A stretch of DNA of 64,000 nt from the human T2T-CHM13v2.0 reference genome, Homo sapiens, in the NCBI RefSeq assembly GCF_009914755.1, contig NC_060940.1. One strand, 5' to 3'. Shown here in pieces: positions 13,491 to 34,825 of the stretch. Each line of letters opens with the position of its first letter. The first letter of the stretch is position 1. The notes beneath the pieces were generated by a model. It searched no databases. It saw nothing but the letters and a program-made list of their open reading frames with translations, and had not been told where the DNA came from. The translations under genes were made by a program, and so were the position numbers.

Positions 13491-13844
13491 GAGGCATTGT
13501 CTGTTGATTTTATAAAGCATCTTAAAGCTGGTGTCAGTAGGGGTACATTTGGTGGCAAGTAAAAGACTCAACTAACACTGGATAAAGAACGAGAAATCTG
13601 GTGGTTAGTAGATCCAGATTGGATGTGGATTCTTTCCATTTTCTACTCTGCTACCCTCTTCACATTGTTGTATATGGCAGTATGTGAACTGAACATGACA
13701 AGAGGCTTAAAGAAGGATGAAAGGAGAGATTAAAGTAATGTTCTACATTTGTCTTAACGAGGCCAACTTGTTCATTAGAATGTGAACAGAAATGTAATAA
13801 ATACCTCCATATATTACATTGCCACCCATGACTGATAGCTGATG

Positions 13845-14310
13845 GATTAGAGGCTGCTTCCCCAGAAGCAGAACCTGAGACAAGGATTTATGTACAAGTA
13901 TTTTATGTGGGAAGGGATCCCAGGAAGCACCAGTAAGGGTGTGAGGCAGGGAGGGTGAAGCAAGGAAGTATAGCAGCCAGGACAGGGTGTGTTGTTGAGC
14001 TGGTTACTCCTGTGGATAACCAGGTCTTGGTCTCACTGGGAACCTCTAGGAGCCACTTGGAGACATGCTTCAGGGTCTTGCCACCAGAAGGATGAGAAAG
14101 CTGGGGTACTGATGTTCCAATCCCTGGTATCCTTGGCTGGAGGCTGCTACAGAGGCATCAGCGCCCCCTGCGTGTATAGGCTAAACAGTTGGAAAGCCCT
14201 TGGTGGGAGGGTCTGCATGCTGACAGTCAGAAACTGGCCAACTGCATGATGAGAGAAAGTGATGAGGGGCTCTGGGTGGAGCCTGGGCAGTGTCTGATCT
14301 TCCTCTAGCT
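13845..14310. mobile_element. MLT1-like MaLR LTR (old)
   Basis: ccccagaagcagaacctgagacaaggattta...gggatcccaggaagcacc pattern. Confidence 0.7.
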
Positions 14311-14831
14311 GAAATGGACGCTCCTTTGTGTGAGCACTGAACTCCCTCACTTCTTTGTTGGTGCCCATTTTTCCATGGGGTGAGAGGGTTTATCACTGTA
14401 CACATTAAGCCCTGGTCTTTCTTTTTCTCTCTCTCCTTGTCCCATTCAGGCTCTATTTCAATCTCTAAGACGTAAGGTCATAGCCTTTCACTTAAAAAAT
14501 GTTATTTGGTTACATGCACCTGTCTTTTCTGTGTTTCTTCCATAGGGCAAGCGTGTGGGCTTTGGAACAAGCCAGACTTGGCTCCAGTTCTCTAGTTCGT
14601 GTGAATGTGAGCAGGTGACTGTCACCTTTCTGAGCCTCAGTTTCCTCAAGTGTAAAATGGGGATGGAATAGCCGCCTTTCAGGGTTGCAGAAATGAGGAC
14701 TAAATACAACATCATATATGAGTGCTTGACACATACTTAGAGGTAGTTATTACACAGAGTAGCAACACGCATAGTAGCCTGCATTGCACCTGGCATAATA
14801 AATGCTAGGTAAATGGTGAGTGTTTATAATT

Positions 14832-15025
14832 CGGGGACTGGCAACGTTTTTCTAAAAAGGGCCAGATAGAAATATTTTAAGTTTTGAGGCCCATATGGTT
14901 CCTGTTGCAGCTACTCAAATCTGCGGTTTTAGGATGAAAGCAGCCACAGGCGTGTGTATGTTTCAATAAAACTTTATTGACAAAAAAAAGAAGTGGCCCA
15001 GAAGTCGTGGTTTGCTGATCCCTGG
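14832..15025. mobile_element. MER58A-like hAT MITE
   Basis: ggcaacgtttttctaaaaagggccagatag...aataaaactttatt...gtttgctgatccctg. Confidence 0.8.
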
Positions 15026-15109
15026 TTTATGTGATTATAATGATTGTTACAACCATTGCCAGGATTTGTGTACAAGTTTACTGCCCACCAATTTGGCAAA
15101 GCTCAGTCC

Positions 15110-16779
<1,670 letters not shown>

Positions 16780-17014
16780 TTAGGCTTTCCAGTTTTTAAC
16801 TCTTTAATTATTTAAATAATTTCATGAATATATGTTCAACATAAAAACATTAAAATGACACACAGCTATAAAGAATAAAAAGTAAGTTATTCTTCACATT
16901 CCTTTTGTACTAGATTCCAGTTTTTTTCTCCAGAGGTCAAACAGCTCATAGTGTGATCTTTTTGAGATTTAAACACACATGTGTATGTACACAAAACACA
17001 CTACTTTAAAAAGT

Positions 17015-17595
17015 AAATGGGCCACACAAAAACCTGCACATAAATGTCTAAAGCAGCTTTATCGGTAATTGCCAAAACTTGGAAGCAGCCAAGATGCCTT
17101 TTAGTTTGGTAAACTGTGAAGCCTCCAGACAGTGGAGTATTATTCAGCTTTAAAAAGAAATGAGCCATTGAGCCATGAGAAGATACGGAGGAACCTTAAA
17201 TGCTTATTACTAAGAGAAAGAAGCCAATCTGAAAAGGCTGCATATGGGATGATTCTAACTATATGACATATTGGAAAAGGCGAAACTATGGTAACAGTGA
17301 AAACCCAGAAATAGCCCAAATGTCTATCAAGTGTAAAAATTGATAAATTGTGGAATACTAAAAAAGAATTTGCTGTTATTACTAGTATCCTAGAAGTAGG
17401 ATTGCTGAATCAAAAGTTATGTGCATTTTAGATCTTAATATCACAAACCCCTCATCCCACCCTCCAAAACCCTCCAGAAGAGAGGCTCTTTCAATTTCCA
17501 TTCCCACCAACAGCCATTGAGACTCCCTGTTTGCCTGTACCCTTGCCAATACTGGGTACTATCCATTAATTTACCTTTTGCCAATCTGATGGGCT
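17015..17595. mobile_element. L1M fragments in both orientations
   Basis: cacacaaaaacctgcaca...aagaagccaatctgaaaaggct (+) and gaagtaggattgctgaatca...cattcccaccaacag (-). Confidence 0.75.
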
Positions 17596-18677
17596 CATCC
17601 TCCTTTACAACTGAAATTCTTACAACTGGGACCTGTCATAAAATTGGTGTGTAGGAGCCTTTGAGAAGGCTGTCGGCAAATGAAGCAAAAACTCCAACCC
17701 TCTAATTTTCCACACACTGATTTAGGCTCTTTGGAAGATTAACAAATGGTTATCAGGGTAATTCTGAAAAGAAGTGGGGGCAGAGATTCCCACACAGAAC
17801 CTAATGTTTTCTGGGTTGGTGGGGGTGGGGGGGCTTTGATTTGAATGGCTCCAGGACCCCCTCTGCCAGATGTCAGCAAATCACAGACATTCATCTAGCT
17901 GAAAGCCAACCTATTCAGTCTTTCTGGGCAACACATTCAGACAGAACCCAGCATTCTTGGCTCAGGGTGATGAAATAAATAGGACTTAATTTATATTTTA
18001 AAGTCTTTTTATCTCTCTGTAAGCCCCTGTGCTTCATTGAAAGAAAATTTGATCGAGATGTAGAGAGGTCAGAATGCAGCTTTAATAATTCACGATCTGT
18101 AATCTTGGCCCTTTCTTACTTTGCCTTAACATTTATTTGGAGGTTTGCCATTTCCCTCTGCTTCCCCTACATGATTCTTGAGCGACAGTCTTGTCCTTCT
18201 TCTAAACTCTCTTGCCTCAGCATTCAGACCGTTTCGGGTAGGATCGGAAGGTTTGATATCCACTTTGACCAATGAGAGACTTTGGGGGCAAACTGGGGCC
18301 CCTGACCCTCTCTCCAGGAGCCTTGATCTGCCAGTTAGAATATCTTATATTGATAAGATTAGTTGGTAATTAACAGCCCAGCCCAGTCAAGCAGAGGAGA
18401 TGACTCAATTAGCAGAATGTCACTCCATCTAATTTACTTTGCTTATCAGAGATTTATTTTCTAATGACTACAGGAAGAAGAACAGGGCACCTTCAGAGGA
18501 GGGATCAGAAAGGGTTTAAAAGCTTCAGTGTGCTCTAACCTCTCTTTTTCAGCTGGTTTGCCTGGCAGTGAGGAGGCTGATAATGCCAATTTGGGGAATT
18601 GGCTGGTCTGATACACCTATCTCAAACTTGGGAAAAAAGAGGTTGAATGTTTCTGTTATCCCTCTATCTGATTCTTT

Positions 18678-18930
18678 TCTTTATTTTTAAGTTTTGTGGG
18701 TACATAGTAGGTGTATACATTTATGGGGTACATGGGATGTTTTGATACAGACATGCAATGTGAAATAATCAAATCATGGAGAATGGGGTATCCATCCTCT
18801 CAAGCATTTATCCTTTGTGTTACAAACAACCCAATTATACTCTTTTAGTTATTTTCAAATGTAAAATTAAGTTATTGTCTATTGTCACCCCTTTGTGCTC
18901 ACATAGTAGGTCTTATACATTCTTTCTAAC
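18678..18930 (-). mobile_element. L1MA-like 3' end
   Basis: ttttgtgggtacatagtaggtgtatac...gagaatggggtatccatcctctcaagcatt. Confidence 0.85.
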
Positions 18931-19149
18931 TATCCTCTATCTGCTTTATATTTTTTGAGCTAATCCTGTTTGTCATCTTTGTTTGATGAGAAAACTCCTC
19001 CCACAGCTACTTAGCTTTAGCTAGAGTAGTAGTAGCAATAACACCACCTACAACAATACTAGACAAGGTATTTATTAAAGCCTCTTGATACCCCAGGCAT
19101 TGTGTTAAAGACTTTACATTGGACACATAACATTGAATCCTCTACACCA

Positions 19150-19355
19150 CAGTTGGCAAACATTTTCTTAAAGGGCTAGATAATATTGTAGTTCTGGGGA
19201 CCGGTCTTTGTTGAAACTGCCCAAGTTTGATTGTATTAAGAAAGCAGTCATAGACTATAGGCAAATAACTAAGTATGACTTGTTCCAATAAAACTTTATT
19301 TACAATAACAGTCATTTGGCCAGATTTCGGCTGTTGGCCATAGTTTGCTAACGCC
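19150..19355. mobile_element. MER58A-like MITE
   Basis: gttggcaaacattttcttaaagggctaga...ccaataaaactttattt...ccatagtttgct. Confidence 0.75.
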
Positions 19356-19441
19356 TACTTTAAATCAGTGTTTCTCAGACTTCATATTGTGATTTATTTA
19401 GTCACAGAATCAATGTAGATGGTTGCAAAACTCATTTTTTA

Positions 19442-19770
<329 letters not shown>

Positions 19771-20656
19771 TAAAAACTATGTGAATGCATCACCTCTAAT
19801 ATGGATAACTCCTATTTGGTGAAATTTTAATTTCAGATGTGCGTGTATGTAAAACCATATATGCATATGGATATAGGTGTGTATGTATTTGTGTGCGTGT
19901 GAGTACTGGGTTTCAATGTGAAGTGTGTATCTTATTGCAGATTATAAGAGTTTGAAAAGTCCTGCTCTTAACTACCTAAAGTAAGTCTCATTATTACATG
20001 CATTTTACGGTTGAGGAAATAGAGATGTGGAAAGACATTCGGTGACTTGCCCCAAGTTACACAGCCTGAGGAGCCAGATTTTTTGATAAGACAGCAAGCC
20101 TCTGACATACAGCATTTTCCCATGCCCACTTTGGAATGGGTTAATAGCAGTGAAATGGTTAAAATTCCTTCCAGTGGAAGGAAAATAAAACAAGGGACAG
20201 GCATAGTCCACAAATTGAATGGCTTCTTGCTGAAGCGAACAGAAACGTCTCTTTTTCCTTCTTGGTATTTCCATTGCAAATACTATTTATCACAATGTAT
20301 TTTTCCCCCAACGCATTTTAGAAAGTCAGTTGGAATTGATTTGAGGCTCTAAACAGTCTCCTGAATGAAAAAGCAAAGTGTAACCTATTCTAACAGCCCC
20401 TCTTCCTTAATCTAGAAACATGGGGAGATGCAATTTAAATGATAATGTTAACCAAAACGGGAGAATGCAATGCTATAGTAGGAGTGTTTGTTTTGTTGTT
20501 TTTTTAACCCCCACTGAAAGACAAATGGCTGAGACATTTATATCTGCAGCACTTATTAAGGAGAAAATGCTCAACCCGTTAATTTCATTGCTGTGGTGCT
20601 GAATATGAAGAAAGAATGTAGTTTCTGAGTGAATGCTGAGGACTCCCACAGTCCTA

Positions 20657-20668
20657 CAAGATGGCGGC
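20657..20668 (+). promoter_or_regulatory. Consensus YY1 motif CAAGATGGCGGC in CpG-retaining unique DNA
   Basis: Exact match to the established long YY1 consensus. Function not shown. Confidence 0.45.
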
Positions 20669-21624
20669 CAGGGAGGGGGATTCTGTGGCAACGTTCGAGA
20701 AGTCCTGAAATGTCGTCCGTTATCTAACATTTATCTGGGTGTTGCAGAATAAGTGTTTCTCGAAGTGAGACTTCTTGGAACATTTTCTCTTAAACTGAGG
20801 CTTTGGAGTCACTTTGTAAGTTTGTGTTTTAAAGCCAACCCTCTAAAACTTGTTTGCTGATCAATTTAAAGACAGGTCTCCCTGGCAACCATGTTGTACA
20901 CAGGGTATGGATTATGTATACAGAAGATAGAACGTAGAGTTATCTGAAATAATATGTTAGTTTCAGTAAGAAAAGAATTAGTCAGAAATAAAATAAAGTA
21001 AGCATATTAGGATTTTTTTTAAAAGTGTGCCCCAATTTAAAAACACATCTATAGGAAATAAGGAAGAATATACACTTTGATGATTCTGCTACCTAACAAG
21101 ACGACCATTACTATTTTATAATGGGTTTTGTTTTTCCATCTTTTTTCTTTCTTTTTTTTTTTTTTAAAGTGCTTTGGTTAAGAAGCCTCACAACTCTCCC
21201 CAGTTAACACCTTCATAAGGAAAGCAAAAATACAAGACGGCAAATGTACCAATTAGGACTCAGTTTACCTGTGTTTTCATGCTCCAGAGTGTTTGATACA
21301 CATTTAACAACAAGGGATGTTTAGAGGAGGGAGCCCAAACTACCTCTACCCATAAGACTCCTCTAAAGTATCTAGGGTATTTATACCATGCCCTAACATC
21401 TTAGCTGTGCCTTGCAGGTTTTTGCATACCAAGGCTTTGTGGGCAAAAGATCCAGAACTAAACGACATCTACCTAGTCTATGTTACAGGCTGTGCCTTCA
21501 AATGTCAAGCTTTGCTAACCATGTCTCATTATCCAACAAGCTTAGTTTTTCTGATGGCTACCATGTCCAGTGTCGCTCAGAGAACTTCCAAAATTTCCTA
21601 TACTATGTACGCCCATTGATTGAA

Positions 21625-21750
21625 TATATATACACATGCATACACACACATACATACATGCATATACATATACACACATATTATTTTGCATATGTTTATA
21701 TATCTTCACATACATAAACATACATATGACCAAAATTTATACATGCATCT
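21625..21750. repeat. (TA/CA)n-rich low-complexity tract
   Basis: tatatatacacatgcatacacacacatacatac... Confidence 0.8.
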
Positions 21751-22573
21751 ACTTTAAAGAGCCAAGGTTCTAAAAAGCTTGTTATAAAGAGCAATAACTT
21801 GCTTCTCCTCATTTCCTTCCATTTCTCTCCCTTCAGAGGCAACCACTGTTGTCTCTTGTAGCTGATTCTTTTGGTACCTTCGGATACTTAAATGGCATGT
21901 TTATAATGTGATGTCTTGATTTCTCATATTCAGGTATTAACTGTTGTTTTTTTTCCTCAAGGAAAATGAGAATTTCGCTTTCTTGCCCCTCCCTCCCTGC
22001 CTCCACGACCTCTACCCACAATGCACACACTTCCTGTCTGAGTCTTTTGCAATGATTTTTGATAGTTTAATATTCGTTATTTCCCTGTGTCATGACCATG
22101 CCAAATGCCTTCCACAGTTGCATCATGTTCTGTGATATTTTTTTCCTTTACTGCACAACTTTTTGTTTTCCATGAAGTTAATAATAGTTGCCTTTTAAAA
22201 ATTTGCTTAACGTTTTGTATGATCTCAACCCTGGTTCAGTCTCCAATTTTTGGCTAGTTCTGTAACTCTCCTCTGATTGTATCCCTCTGTATCACAAAGC
22301 TATTAATTCTACTTTCCAGGAGTATGAAGATCCTGGGGCTTCAAGCCTGCTCTCTGCTCCCTACACCAGGGGAGCAAACTCATTCTGGGCAATCCCCTCT
22401 GTCCATCCTCTGTAGTGGAGATCCTATTTCTCAAAGAACCATATGTTCTATGTTCTTGGTTTATCCCCTCAATTTCGTTGAGTACTTCTCTTACTAGCCT
22501 TCTGAAAAAGGACTTATTATTATTATTGGAGATGTTGCATATAGGTGTTGGCTATAGAATCCTAGGTTGGAAA

Positions 22574-23366
<793 letters not shown>

Positions 23367-23736
23367 GAAATCGCTTTCCTCAAAATTTTGAAGACGTGAC
23401 TCCCCTGTCTTCTAGCTTTTAGAATTGCTGCTGAGAAGTCTAAAGCCACTCTGATTCTGACTCTTTGCATATAATCTGCTTTTTCTCTTGGTAAATGTGT
23501 AAAATTTCTTTGATCCTGGATTTTGAAAATGCCACAGCAATGTGCCTCAGTGTACCTTGGTCATGGTGCTGGTCTTTTGAACCTGGGAACACACGCTCTT
23601 CAATTCTGGAGAATTTTCTTGAGTTATCTAATGGATAATTTTCTCCTCTCCATTTTCTTTTCTTGTTTTCTCTTTCTAAAACTCTTGTTATTCAGATGTC
23701 AGTTCACTATTTTTTAAAAAAAATTCTTCTCTCTTA

Positions 23737-23973
23737 TTTTGCATCCCTTTGTCTTTTTGCTCTCTTTTGGAAAAATTTGTCAGTCTCATCTTCCAACCTT
23801 TTTACTTTTACTCATCTTCCAACCTTTTTACTAACGCATTCATTTGTGCGTTAGCTTCTGAGGGCTTCTTTTGCATCCCTTTGTCTTTTTGCTCTCTTCT
23901 GGAAAAATTTGTCAGTCTCATCTTCCATCCTTTTTACTAACGCATGTGCGTTAACTTCTGAGGGCTTCTTTTG
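23737..23973. repeat. Local tandem duplication (two copies, starts 132 bp apart) with an internal ~22-bp duplication
   Basis: ttttgcatccctttgtctttttgctctctt..ggaaaaatttgtcagtctcatcttcca starts at 23737 and 23869. Confidence 0.93.
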
Positions 23974-25536
23974 GCTTTTCACGTGTTCCTGTTTACAGTC
24001 CCAAGTAGAGTATTTGGCACAATGCCCTAAGGCATGGTAGAGTAACAGCAAGGAGGATGATGTGCTTGGAACAATGTGAGCAAGAGTGACTGTGGGAGCC
24101 AACAAAGCTATGAAAGATAATTGGAGGAGGCACATCACATAGCACATTATGGAACTCTGACTCCAAGTGGTGAAGCTGGAGTCTAAGCCTAGCTTTGTCC
24201 CTGCTTTGGAAAACTCAGTCTTTCTGATCCTCAGTTTTCCTACTTGTAAAATTAACTGTTTGAATTTCTAAGAAACCTTACAACTCAAATATGCTCATGA
24301 ATCTTTGATTACATCAATATTCTCTCCCTAAAGCAGGCAAATCACAACACTTAAATTTGTGTATATATATTTATGCTTTTCTAGATGCCCAAGTATATAT
24401 GACTTCTACCATCCAGTAAAACAGACCTTTTACCCTTTAGGAAATTACAGGTTGAGAGTTAAATTCTATAATTAGTAAGTATTGTTTTATTGGAACAAAG
24501 ATTAGGTTTCCCCAAAGTCGTAGAAATTAATGGCAAGGTCAGATTAGCATGAGGGTCTTTGGTCTTCTAGCGTTCCCAACTCCATTGCAGAAGCTCTGAG
24601 CAAGTCAACTCTCTCAGCCATGACCAAGAAGAAGCTAATTCATCTGAAGGAAAATGCTGAGCCTGCCTTCAGAGTCCTTCAGAGTAAACCTGCTGCACAA
24701 TTAGCTGAAGGAAAGGGCCTTGCAGGGAGTCAGCACATCAGAAATGCACCATTACTCAGCCAGGGGCTGACATTCAGCCAATGGCAGCCCCTTGTGTAGA
24801 TACTGGAGTGGATCCCACGGAGAATGAGCCCGCTCACCCAGCATGGGGTTTACAGCCGCCATGAACCTGGAGGAGAGGACATTTGGGCCAGAGCATTTTG
24901 GCTTCCTCTGCTGTTTGAGATGGGTTTGTCACCAGGAGCAAGCCTTTGCTGAGTTCTCCCTCCTTTAAAGAATTGTTTTCTCTAAATTAATTAAATTGAT
25001 GAGAATAAAGAGGGCCAAATTGATGGCACCCAAATGCATTTGAAAGTGATCAGAAACCGCCAGGAACACCATAAATTCCATAATTAGAAAGTATTTTCTT
25101 AAAGGGACAAAGATCGGATTTCCCCATTTCAGAGTTGGAAATGCCCCTTGATTAATTTCCTCCAGCCTGTCTCTTAATGATATGAAATGCAATCAAGATA
25201 AGTAATCAAGAAAATCAAAGTGTCCTAAGTACTTTAGGTAATAATGACAATAACATTCAACCACTGCAATAACCAGAGTTATATATTATTTGTGCGTTTT
25301 TAAACCTCATACTAGACACTGTACTAAACATGTCAAAAGCCTTGTCCCATTTAATACCTAGAAAACACCATGAGGTAGAAACTATTCTTCTTGCCATTTT
25401 ACAGATGACTTCAGGTGACCTGCTTGGAAAGCTTTGTCAGTTGTCCACAGTGATGCAGCAAGTGAGGGGTGGAGCTGGAATTTGAACCCAGGCTGTCAAA
25501 ATGCAAAGTCCAGTCCTCTGAACTATTATGCTATAA

Positions 25537-25971
<435 letters not shown>

Positions 25972-25979
25972 TATTTTGC

Positions 25980-31058
<5,079 letters not shown>

Positions 31059-31369
31059 TTTTTTTTTTTTTTTTTCCTTTTTTGAGATGGAATCTGGCTT
31101 TGTCACCCAGGCTGGGGTGCAGTGTCACGATCTCGGCTCACTGCAACTCTCCGCCTCCCAAGTTCAAGCAATGCTCCTGCCTCAGCCTTCCAAGTAGCTA
31201 GGATTACAGGTGTGCACCACTACGCCTGGCTAATTTTTGTATTTTAGTAGAGGTGGGGTTTTGCCATGTTGGCCAGGCTGGCCTCAAACTCCTCACCTCA
31301 GGTGATCTGCCCGTGTCCGCCTCCCGAAGTGCTGGGGTTGCAGGCATGAGCCACCACGCCCGCCCGGCC
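31059..31369 (-). mobile_element. Alu (AluS), apparent sister copy of the Alu at 26307-26787
   Basis: Antisense dimer sharing the private variants gagatggAAtctGgctTtgtc, ggctggCctc and ccGaagtg. Confidence 0.93.
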
Positions 31370-32033
31370 TTCTTTTTTTTTTTTTTTTTTTTACATAGCA
31401 AGCTGCTAAGTGCATCTCTGTTTAGAAATTGCCTTAACATTGGGTTTCTATTGACAGAACAGGGGAGGAGTTTGCCTCTGACTTTTCTGAAGCTCCCATG
31501 GTACCTGAGGCTAAGCAGCCCACAGTTAATTTTAATTGGCAAAAGAAATGAGAACAAATTCCTCCAGGATGAGAAGTACATTTCTGCTAAAACAGTGCTC
31601 TCCCACAGGGTATATGAACACATTCAGTCCCCTCTAGAAAAGAACCAGAGGGCAGGCACGGGGTGCCAGCTGCTAGAAATCTTGCAGTTAGATTAGAATA
31701 GAAGAGTGTCTGAGTTTTTAGATAATTTTAGGTGCCAGGATATGGTTAGGAGGCTATGTTCAGGGCTACTCTTGCTACTGTTGAAATAAAAAACAAAAAT
31801 AACTGCCTAGAGAACATCCACGCCCTAAAAGACAAACCATGTTTTCTGGGTGAAGGGATGATTTAACTCAGGAAACTCAAGAACACAAAACAACAACAAC
31901 AGAAATAATCTCCTTGAACATATTCAACTAGAATGGCAAGGCATTTTCCAACATAAAACACTGTAATTTTCCTGCTACTCCAAAGGAATCCAATAAATAA
32001 TTTTACAAAATTATAATCAAAACTGGAAGTCAT

Positions 32034-32426
<393 letters not shown>

Positions 32427-32840
32427 TCATCTTTCCCGAATGGGATCAAGTAGAGGGTCCATGCTGCTTTGCAGAAGATTTGCATCTGGTAAGCCCAGGT
32501 GGTGAATGAAGGCAAAGAAGACAACACGAGAAGATGTCAAAGCCAAGGTTTCCTCGCGCTGAAGCCAGGCCTTAGGAGGCAAGTTCTTTGGTGGGGCCTC
32601 TTTGCCCAAGCTGGAGCAAGTACCCTGTACCTGTCATGCAGGGAAGAGTTTGGGTGGGCTTTCTACTTAGCAGGACTTTGCTATGGAGTCCTGGTAGGTG
32701 TTCTCATGTTGCATGCTCTGAGATGAGGTCCTGCATGTGGCCAGGCACAACTCAAAGTGTTCTTCGACTGCCATGAAGAGGTTCTGGAAAGCCACAGCTG
32801 CCCGACGGAGGAAGCACTCCAAGAAAAGCTGCTTGTTGGG

Positions 32841-33304
32841 CAGCAGCCGCGGGACCAGCAGCCATCACAGCAGTATTGCTTTGTGCCAGAGACATTGATG
32901 TTACAGCAGCCGCTGGGCCAGCAGCCATCGCAGCAGTACTGCTTTGTTCCAGGGACGTTGATGTTGCAGCAGCCCCTGGGCGAGCAGCCATCACAGCAGT
33001 ATTGCTTTGTGCTGGGGCCGTTGGTGTTACAGCAGCTGCTGGGCCAGCAGCCATCACAGCAGTATTACTTTGTTCCAGGGATGTTGATGTTGCAGCAGCT
33101 GCTGGGCCAGCAGCGGTTGGGCCAGCAGCTGTAGCAGCAGTATTGCTTTGTGCTAGGGACATTGATGTTGCAGCAGCAGTTGGGCCAGCAGCCATGGCAG
33201 CAGTATTGCTTTGTTCCAGGGATGTTGATGTTGCAGCAGCCATTGGGCCAGCAGCCATGGCAGCAGTATTGCTTTGTGCTAGGGTCGTTGACGTTGCAGC
33301 AGCC
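32841..33304 (-). repeat. 63-bp tandem repeat x7 (plus one 15-bp internal duplication) inside the SPRING1 retrocopy
   Basis: The anchor cagta(t/c)t(g/a)ctttgt recurs at 32871, 32934, 32997, 33060, 33138, 33201 and 33264 (spacings 63, 63, 63, 78, 63, 63). The minus-strand unit encodes GCCNxNxP(S/G)TKQYCCxGCWPx. Confidence 0.97.
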
Positions 33305-33700
33305 ATCCACCAGCAAATCCTTCCTCTCACAAACATAGTTCATCTATGATGTGGTGCTCCCCTCAAATGGAGTGGTGGCACTGATTGCTGGGGTGACTGC
33401 CATTGCCCGAGTTAAACTGCACTTTACACGGAATGGGCTGATCATGGTCTTGAACCTAGAGGAGATTCCTCTCTTTCACTGTCCTCTCCTCCTGCTTGAA
33501 GGTGCTCCTGAGGAAGTAGATGAGTGACAGCCCAAAGACCAGGGCGAGCACCCACCTCCTCCGCAGACATCGGTGCTAAACCGTGGCCTCCTGGTTCACC
33601 ATCCCGTGTTGTGGAACATGGCAGGCCCGAGGCTCCTACACACCCCGCAGCCCCATCCCTTGAAGCAGGCACTGACCCCGTGGCCCATGGCCGAGTCCCA

Positions 33701-34825
<1,125 letters not shown>

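Noticed and set aside
32841-33304. Regularly spaced repeats could suggest a CRISPR array, or a metallothionein, keratin-associated or gliadin-like gene
   Set aside because: Units are contiguous with no unique spacers, the DNA is primate, and both flanks are colinear SPRING1 sequence, so the resemblances are compositional.
32634-33602. Intact SPRING1 coding gene
   Set aside because: At least five in-frame stops, two frameshifts and no introns.
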